The notes under the pieces were generated by a model. It had not been told where the DNA came from. It made no database searches and worked only from the letters and a program-made list of their open reading frames with translations. DNA of 20,000 nucleotides, taken from IMG/VR virus record IMGVR_UViG_3300027914_001419; one strand, 5' to 3'. Source of the DNA: an uncultured virus (IMG/VR IMGVR_UViG_3300027914_001419) (lineage: Duplodnaviria > Heunggongvirae > Uroviricota > Caudoviricetes). Positions within the stretch are counted from its first letter, which is position 1. Each line of letters opens with the position of its first letter. This document shows, one piece after another, positions 14,608 to 20,000 of this stretch. Both the position numbers and the translations under genes were made by a program.

Positions 14608-15379
14608 CAGTCCTCCAAGGGGTGAAGTCTCTCAATCTCTGGCCGTAGTCGGGTAGTATGCCGAGGTCGTAACAGGTGTCTTCGATGGCGGTGTTGCATT
14701 TGCCGCCAAAATCGTTGATGCAGCGGACAAGGCCTTCGATGGTGGGTGATCCGCGAGGGAACCGGCGTTCGTCGGGTATGGTGAGGTAGACACAGGCTCT
14801 GGAGATGAGCTCTTCGAGGTCGATGTTTTTGAGGAGCTTGGCGATCATGGCATAGTGCCGGTCCAAGGCCACGAATGCGGACTTTGTTATCCGGCCATAG
14901 GCGTGCTGCCACCAAGCGACGAAGTATTGATGGTCGGAGGGCGCGCTTTTTGGTGGCGCGCTCCCTTTAGGGATATTGGTTCTTTTGGGTTCAAGGGGTG
15001 ACATTTTGTCATTAATTGATGACATTTTGTCATTAATCGGTGTGTCTGGGCCGGGAATTAATGACATTTTGTCATGATTTTTTGACGGCTCCGGCTGAAT
15101 TAATGACATTTTGTCATTAATTTTTAGCTGATATATGTTGGATCGATAGGATCCGTTTTCCCTGGTCCGCGGTTTGTTTACCAGAAAACCCCTCTGTTCC
15201 AGTTTTACTATGCCCCGGATTACGGTTCTGACGCTATCGCCGCACTTCTTCGCAAGCACTTCCCTGCTGGGCCAGCATACGCCTTCGTCATTGGCGCTAT
15301 CTGCCAGAGCCAGCAACAGCATTTTTTCCGATTTTGGAAGGTCCATCATCCAGACGATAGACATCAGTTTGATGCTCAT
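14579..15379 (-). CDS. Phage replication initiator with N-terminal winged HTH, 266 aa
   Basis: ATG 15379 after GAGGA. MSIKLMSIVW...EKMLLLALADSANDEGVCWPSREVLAKKCG.SVRTVIR.IVKLEQRGFL. Contains internal iterons and lies upstream of the helicase. Confidence 0.85.
   Translation of the reverse strand: MSIKLMSIVWMMDLPKSEKMLLLALADSANDEGVCWPSREVLAKKCGDSVRTVIRGIVKLEQRGFLVNKPRTRENGSYRSNIYQLKINDKMSLIQPEPSKNHDKMSLIPGPDTPINDKMSSINDKMSPLEPKRTNIPKGSAPPKSAPSDHQYFVAWWQHAYGRITKSAFVALDRHYAMIAKLLKNIDLEELISRACVYLTIPDERRFPRGSPTIEGLVRCINDFGGKCNTAIEDTCYDLGILPDYGQRLRDFTPWRTDENRKLSQN
14999..15122. repeat. Probable phage replication origin: four palindromic iterons
   Basis: TGACATTTTGTCA starts at 14999, 15020, 15062 and 15104 (spacings 21, 42 and 42 bp), flanked by ATTAAT/AATTAA, inside the initiator gene. 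Confidence 0.85.
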
Positions 15380-15467
15380 TATTTCCTCATGGTTCCGGCC
15401 CCGGATTACGCGATAAAAAATCTGATGCGCAGGCGGGGAATTACACCCCGCCTGAATCATTGCCGGA

Positions 15468-16178
15468 TTACGCCAGAATTACACTTCCTTCGGGCAGTTT
15501 TTCTCTCAGCCAATCCCGGATCCGCTTGATGGCCTCAAGTTTCCAGTTGCCACCATCAGCCTCGATGAGCGCGCACGCTATGCCGGAGTCGGTCTGCTTC
15601 ATCCGGTAAACGAACCTGGACGCAGGCTGATCTATCTCGAGGAACGTGCGGAACGGGGCCAGGGTTACGGGGTTGGGCACGGGGACATTGCCGACGAAGG
15701 ATATGCCGCGCTTGGCTGTGACCTTCTGGGTGACGCCATCGTCGTTGTAGTTGCTGACACTGTCGCCGGTGATGTTGCCGGCCAGGGCAAGCAGCGCCGC
15801 GGTGGTTTCATCCTGGACGAACTTCGCCTGGAGCGCGATGATGAAGGATTCCAGGTCCAGGTATCTGTCAAATGGGAATTGGTCTAGTTTCGCGGTGGCT
15901 GCCAGGTATGCGGACCTCTGGAGAAATGGACCGTGAAGAGGGGAATAGACGGACACATTTTCATGGCTGGCGATGTGGACAATGAAGGGATGTTCCGGCG
16001 CGTCCGGGTTTTCATTGATGTATTCAGCCAGGCCTGTCAATGTGGATACTGACATTGTGCCCGGAGTAGGCTCTGTGATAGGCGAGAGTTTTTTGCTGGA
16101 GTAGTTGCGGCCGTCAACGGTGATGATTTCCGTTTTGGCAAGCTCTTCGATTTTTTGAATGAAGGAGGCGTCAATCAT
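15468..16178 (-). CDS. Conserved-looking phage hypothetical protein, 236 aa
   Basis: Motifs TLTGLAEYI, FIIALQAKF, DDGVTQKVTAKRG, VPNPVTLAPFRTFLEIDQP.S.FVYRM and ALIEADGGNWK, recognised as a recurrent phage family. Coupled to the upstream 121-aa gene. Confidence 0.75.
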   Translation of the reverse strand: MIDASFIQKIEELAKTEIITVDGRNYSSKKLSPITEPTPGTMSVSTLTGLAEYINENPDAPEHPFIVHIASHENVSVYSPLHGPFLQRSAYLAATAKLDQFPFDRYLDLESFIIALQAKFVQDETTAALLALAGNITGDSVSNYNDDGVTQKVTAKRGISFVGNVPVPNPVTLAPFRTFLEIDQPASRFVYRMKQTDSGIACALIEADGGNWKLEAIKRIRDWLREKLPEGSVILA

Positions 16179-16540
16179 TGTGCGTCACCTCCCATGGCTC
16201 TGTCGCTGACAAGCTGCGGTTTGCCGGGTTGTAAATCCATCTGGAGTTGATGCGGGTTGTGTTCAACAGCTACGGCCCTGCCTGCCCCTTGGGCGATAAA
16301 GACTTCGGTTGTGAACGGTTTGACCGCGGCCAGCGTGGAGCTGCAATCGACAGAAACCGATCCTGATGTGCGCTGTTCGTTGGGCTTCAGTTTCACTTTC
16401 AACGTGATTGTCCGGACACCTCCAGACGTGTTCGGGTCGAGACAATTTGCTACTGCGCGTTGGAATTCATAGTCGAACCGCTCAATGGCAGCGCCGTGTC
16501 CCAGGTTCAACAGGGACACAAAATCATTTTCGTCATACAT
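16175..16540 (-). CDS. Conserved-looking phage hypothetical protein, 121 aa (partner of the 236-aa gene)
   Basis: GAAIERFDYEFQRAVANCLDPNT...RTITLKVKLKPNEQR; ATGA coupling to the next gene. Confidence 0.7.
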   Translation of the reverse strand: MYDENDFVSLLNLGHGAAIERFDYEFQRAVANCLDPNTSGGVRTITLKVKLKPNEQRTSGSVSVDCSSTLAAVKPFTTEVFIAQGAGRAVAVEHNPHQLQMDLQPGKPQLVSDRAMGGDAQ

Positions 16541-16919
16541 CAGATTTTCCCCTTTCTTGTGATTGCCCCATCGGGGGCTGGCTCTGATACCACTTCCGCC
16601 AATTTCTGACCGTCTCAGCCGAAAGCCCTAGTTTTGCCGCTATCGCCCGATTGTTTTCACTGAGGTCGAGCAAATATTGGCACAACAAATAAAACTGTGT
16701 GCAGGATAGCGTAGACCTGGACAGGACCGTCCCGGACCTCCAGTGCCCGGTCCAGTCACAACCGGGACAATGGACCCGGCGGCCTGCTCGCCACGTCGCG
16801 GCAACCTTGGCCGACATTTCCCGCCCACACCGGGGGCAGGTGTCACCAACCCCCAGAGCCCGCATGACCAGTGGGCGGTAGGCATCTTCTAAACCATTGG
16901 AAACGTTATCAAATTCCAT
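16533..16919 (-). CDS. Zn-ribbon plus HTH protein resembling IS1 InsA / IS1595 N-terminal region
   Basis: CPRCG...CPGC...GTVLSRSTL...NRAIAAKLGLSAETVRNWR; no DDE domain follows. Confidence 0.6.
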   Translation of the reverse strand: MEFDNVSNGLEDAYRPLVMRALGVGDTCPRCGREMSAKVAATWRAGRRVHCPGCDWTGHWRSGTVLSRSTLSCTQFYLLCQYLLDLSENNRAIAAKLGLSAETVRNWRKWYQSQPPMGQSQERGKSDV

Positions 16920-16959
16920 TTTTCCACCATTAAACAAAAAATTAAATGGACTCATTTAC

Positions 16960-17004
16960 CGGGGCTGCAATTACCCGCGTAGCTTGACCCCCCGGAAGGA
17001 CCCG
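16960..17004 (-). other. Putative cos (packaging) site with a lambda cosQ-like motif
   Basis: Minus strand: CGGGTCCTTCCGG...ACGCGGGTAATTGCAGCCCCG. GGGTCCT (17003-16997) equals lambda cosQ and is followed by a partial dyad and an AT-rich tract. Intergenic; the phage has a GpA-type terminase. Confidence 0.6.
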
Positions 17005-17012
17005 CTCCGGGC

Positions 17013-17843
17013 TCATCGGAACATCCTTTTGATGGCATATGCGACTTCCTTGTCCATCAGCTTGAAGAAATTGTCGTTGATGAGCTTGTCCGCGACTTCG
17101 AAGAATGGAAAGCGAGGCCGGTAGCTTGGCGCTTTCTTTACGAATACCATTACCGGGATTGCCCCTCTTGCCCTGATTACTGAATGAAACTTGCCGACAG
17201 TCTTGCCTGCCTGGAATGCGCCAACTGCCATTTTTCTTGAAGTACGCGGTAATCCGGTCGAGGTAAAACCGCCTCTCTTTTCCGTGCGCATGTAGACTCC
17301 AGGCTTGAGCCCACCCCTGCGGTTCGTGACCATGAAGTATTCGAGGGCTTTCGTTTTGCTGCTTTTTCGGCTCTCGCTTCTGGTAGTACGGTTCATGTCG
17401 TACCCGGCAACATCGCCAAACCGGCGAAGATATGACAGGATTTGCGTAATCTGGCCGCCTTGCATATTCCCGTAAGGGTCAATCTTGGCCCCCATGCCAG
17501 GCACATAAAAGCGGCCCAGTCTTTGCTCGGACCGTTTCATCTGCCGTCTACCACCCTCGATCTGTGGAAGGATATACTGATCGTATTTCTTGCCGTATAT
17601 CTGGTCGAACCAGAATGTTGCTTCAAGGTTTTCCTTGGTAGCCTTGCGAACAAAGAAGTTCTTGACCGTTTGAGGTTTCGGTCTATCGAAAACACTGCTC
17701 ACCGTCTCCATCTGCTTCTTGCGCACCATAAACGCCATATCATTTATGGCATTGCGCGCAGCGGTATTAAGTTCTTTCCCAAGGAAATCAAACCTAGAAA
17801 CAATCTCCTTCACACCTTTCACCTGCATCCCTAATTTAATCAT
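17013..17843 (-). CDS. Basic phage protein of the gpZ/neck-1 (tail completion)-like type
   Basis: AARNAIND.A...VFDRPKPQT...KATKENLEA...YILPQIEGGRR..KRSE...PSYRPRFPF; a family I recall immediately upstream of cos in lambdoid prophages. Confidence 0.6.
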   Translation of the reverse strand: MIKLGMQVKGVKEIVSRFDFLGKELNTAARNAINDMAFMVRKKQMETVSSVFDRPKPQTVKNFFVRKATKENLEATFWFDQIYGKKYDQYILPQIEGGRRQMKRSEQRLGRFYVPGMGAKIDPYGNMQGGQITQILSYLRRFGDVAGYDMNRTTRSESRKSSKTKALEYFMVTNRRGGLKPGVYMRTEKRGGFTSTGLPRTSRKMAVGAFQAGKTVGKFHSVIRARGAIPVMVFVKKAPSYRPRFPFFEVADKLINDNFFKLMDKEVAYAIKRMFR

Positions 17844-18130
17844 CTGGATTGCTCCTCAGAGCCAGGGGGAACGGGGGGCGCGTAGTAGCCCCTGTCGCCG
17901 TTCTTCAAGGCCACCCTGGTATAGGCGTCGTAGGAATCGGCCCCATGCTTCTGCATCAGGATGAACAGCCCGGTATCGGCCGACTGCTGGACGTCGACCA
18001 GCTCATCGGCCGCGGCCTCGTAATCCCCGCGCTCTACTGCCTCCCTCACCTCCTCAACCTCTGACCGGATGTGGTCAAGCTGGTTAAGGATGGTGTTGCG
18101 GTCAACGAATATGGTCTTCGGGAAAAGCAT
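17840..18130 (-). CDS. MazG-like nucleotide pyrophosphohydrolase
   Basis: QLDHIRSEVEEVREA...ADELVDVQQS...KNGDRGYY (EXXE...EXXD pattern); AGGAGG RBS. Confidence 0.7.
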   Translation of the reverse strand: MLFPKTIFVDRNTILNQLDHIRSEVEEVREAVERGDYEAAADELVDVQQSADTGLFILMQKHGADSYDAYTRVALKNGDRGYYAPPVPPGSEEQSR

Positions 18131-18174
18131 CTATTCTTGTCCTCCTATGCAACCAGCCGCACGCGGCCATGCTT

Positions 18175-18690
18175 TCAGGCTTCAAGCAACTCGATAATCG
18201 TGCCCGGTATATCGTCCGGGCAAACTTCCTGTAACCATGCATCCAGGTCGGGGTACTGCTGTAGGTTCAGGTAATATCCCGTAGCGGGCGGTTCGGGGGG
18301 TGGCAACAGAGCGGACAGCCGCCCGGCCTTGGCAGGCGGGGACGTGACCGGCCGTCGCTTCTTCGCCGGGGTCTCTGGCGCTCCCTTGGCCGCCTGGGAC
18401 TGCCGGTAGTGCGCTGTGCACATGCCATCCTTTACCCGGAGTTTGTCGCAGCCGGGGACCTTGCACAGCAAATGGCGGCCCCTGCGTTCCGCCCCTTCCT
18501 CGCTCTTATGCATAACCATCTCCTCATCTTGACTACGAGCCGTACCCACCATCTCATCAAGATTCACTCCCTGGACGTCCTCCAGGCCATTGCAGCCCAG
18601 ACAGGAATAGCAGTCCTTATCCCTGTTGATCTGGCATTGCCTGGGCGAGATCTTCGCCGACATCGGCCGGCAATAACCGAGTTCAGTCAT
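18175..18690 (-). CDS. Hypothetical Cys-rich protein
   Basis: N-terminal Cys cluster and CKVPGC...GMCTAHY Zn-binding-like motif; ATGA coupling with the upstream gene. Confidence 0.6.
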   Translation of the reverse strand: MTELGYCRPMSAKISPRQCQINRDKDCYSCLGCNGLEDVQGVNLDEMVGTARSQDEEMVMHKSEEGAERRGRHLLCKVPGCDKLRVKDGMCTAHYRQSQAAKGAPETPAKKRRPVTSPPAKAGRLSALLPPPEPPATGYYLNLQQYPDLDAWLQEVCPDDIPGTIIELLEA

Positions 18691-18869
18691 CGGACAAACT
18701 CCAGGAAACCCCTTGGATGAGATACCCTTGCCATCGCGTGATTTTCAGGTATCTGCTCTATCTGCGTAATCCGCCCAGCCTGCATCAGCTCCTCCACTTC
18801 CTCGGGAGAGAGAACTCTAACCGGCGTAGCTGCACAATCTGACCGACATTCGCGCATCTGTCTTCTCAC
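18687..18869 (-). CDS. Hypothetical protein, about 60 aa
   Basis: Probable GTG start overlapping the upstream TGA; VRVLSPEEVEEL motif. Confidence 0.55.
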   Translation of the reverse strand: MRRQMRECRSDCAATPVRVLSPEEVEELMQAGRITQIEQIPENHAMARVSHPRGFLEFVR

Positions 18870-19153
18870 TGCCTCATCTCCCATCTGAGCAACCGGGTGC
18901 AATACTCGTCACATCCATAGCGATACCTGGAGCAACCCCGGCAAGGATGCTGCACCAGCTCGTCCAGCTCCCGGTCAACCGCATCCAGGCGGCGGGAAGT
19001 AATCTCATCCGCCACGATATGACCCTTCAGCCAGCGACCGAAACGCTCCAGGCCTTGCCACACATGACCAGCGGCCACATTTAGCAGGGCCATCAGCAAC
19101 AACGGCAACAGGTATGGATGTCGGCGTAGAATCTGCCAGGTAGTCGGAAGCAT
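18866..19153 (-). CDS. Hypothetical protein with a hydrophobic N-terminus and a C-terminal Cys cluster
   Basis: AGAGG RBS before GTG/ATG (19156/19153); ends CRGC...CDEYC. Confidence 0.55.
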   Translation of the reverse strand: MLPTTWQILRRHPYLLPLLLMALLNVAAGHVWQGLERFGRWLKGHIVADEITSRRLDAVDRELDELVQHPCRGCSRYRYGCDEYCTRLLRWEMRQ

Positions 19154-19333
19154 CACGGCATTACCTCTCTGATGCCTCATCGAGCCCCCGCCCCTTGCAA
19201 AAACGGCGGCTCGATGAGGCATTGCGAACGTAGGGGATAGACGCTCGCAAAAGAAAAAAAGGGCGGGTTCGGGACGGCTGGCTGAGACCGCCCCACGGCG
19301 TAGGAGGGGACGCCGCCCCGCATCCGCCAACTC

Positions 19334-19486
19334 TCACCATCTGGCGACAATCTCGGCCCGTTGCGCCGGGGCCAGCTCGTAACGCTCCTGGTCCTCATCA
19401 ATGGCCTGCACGCAGGCGTGGCCACAGGCAATCGAAAGACCGGCAAACACCAGCCACATCAGGAGATTACCCAGCCGCCCTTTCAC
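19334..19486 (-). CDS. Small membrane or secreted hypothetical protein, 50 aa
   Basis: GTG start overlapping the upstream TGA; LLMWLVFAGLSIAC hydrophobic segment. Confidence 0.5.
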   Translation of the reverse strand: MKGRLGNLLMWLVFAGLSIACGHACVQAIDEDQERYELAPAQRAEIVARW

Positions 19487-19683
19487 CGCCCACTCTCCAC
19501 ATAAAGAGTGCCTGGCGTAACCTCGGAAAATTCGGCGCGAACACCGGCAAGAACCAAGTCCTCGGCCTTCTCGCGCAAAAGTTCTTTGGACACCACAATG
19601 GATATGTATCGATTCTTTCCATCGAGCCCGATACGGCATTCATCGGCCTCATCAATCATCTTCAGGAACTCTTTCAGAGTCAT
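19483..19683 (-). CDS. Hypothetical protein, 66 aa
   Basis: AAGGAGG RBS; coupled on both sides. Confidence 0.7.
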   Translation of the reverse strand: MTLKEFLKMIDEADECRIGLDGKNRYISIVVSKELLREKAEDLVLAGVRAEFSEVTPGTLYVESGR

Positions 19684-19820
19684 TGTGGCGCCTCCTTTTC
19701 TGCCAGGCGAAGTTTCGCCTTAATCTTCGCATCGCGGATACAGCGAAAAATCTGGTCAACCCGCACCTTCTCAGCCTCTGTTAGTTGGTCCCATGTGGGA
19801 CCGGGTCGTTTGCGCGCCAT
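19680..19820 (-). CDS. Hypothetical protein, 46 aa (below the ORF-track cutoff)
   Basis: GGAGG RBS; MARKRPGPTWDQLTEAEKVRVDQIFRCIRDAKIKAKLRLAEKEAPQ; its TGA overlaps the next ATG. Confidence 0.65.
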   Translation of the reverse strand: MARKRPGPTWDQLTEAEKVRVDQIFRCIRDAKIKAKLRLAEKEAPQ

Positions 19821-19854
19821 TGTTAATCCTCCGACACTTGCCACCCTAAAATAG

Positions 19855-19883
19855 TTTTAATCCCTTCCCCGCCCTGCTATAGT
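19855..19883 (+). promoter_or_regulatory. Possible extended -10 promoter for the plus-strand gene at 19924
   Basis: TTTTAA, 17-nt spacer, TATAGT, with TG at the extended -10 position (TGcTATAGT). Confidence 0.45.
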
Positions 19884-19923
19884 TACGTCGCCAAACAAAA
19901 CCAAATCAGAGGAGGAAGGGAAA

Positions 19924-20000
19924 ATGGGAATCATCACTGACATCATTAAAGCCTTGCCTATTACCGCCATTCAGAATGAAGTGGTTGCGGTTTTTGAGAC
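19924..20000 (+). CDS. 5' end of a divergent gene (partial)
   Basis: GAGGAGG RBS, then ATG GGA ATC ATC ACT GAC... (MGIITDIIKALPITAIQNEVVAVFE); open at the window end. Confidence 0.6.
   Translation, partial: MGIITDIIKALPITAIQNEVVAVFE

Noticed and set aside
16533..17010. Intact IS1/IS1595 insertion sequence
   Set aside because: No DDE domain, terminal inverted repeats or target duplication was found.
18145..18177. Possible read-through or premature TGA (LLEA*KHGRVRLVA*), with the second stop overlapping the next RBS
   Set aside because: Only nine extra codons, which could be chance. It needs a homolog alignment, and no recoding signal was seen.

Overview
The window is part of a lambda-like temperate phage or prophage, and almost all genes are on the minus strand. 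In transcription order (right to left) it holds: small early/accessory genes, a MazG-like gene, a gpZ/neck-like gene followed by a lambda cosQ/cosN-like motif (~16960-17004), an InsA-like Zn-ribbon-HTH gene, an HTH replication initiator with four phased internal iterons, a SpoVG-like gene, a DnaB-like helicase with degenerate motifs, Lar-like and DUF1599-like genes, then an accessory block at ~9117-11065. After that come an HNH plus small-terminase-like fusion, a GpA-type large terminase, a Xis-like HTH, an AT-rich run of four paralogous XRE-HTH genes, a terminator, and gpW, portal, S49 protease (with nested scaffold start) and head decoration protein. The most unusual part is the accessory block. 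It is built like an integron cassette array: each cassette begins with GTT and ends with the complementary sequence at or beside its stop codon, and attC-like hairpins separate the cassettes, but no integrase is present in the window. A 115-bp gene-less palindromic unit sits at GTT core sites twice, with a third truncated copy. All product calls come from motif recognition by eye; no database searches were run.
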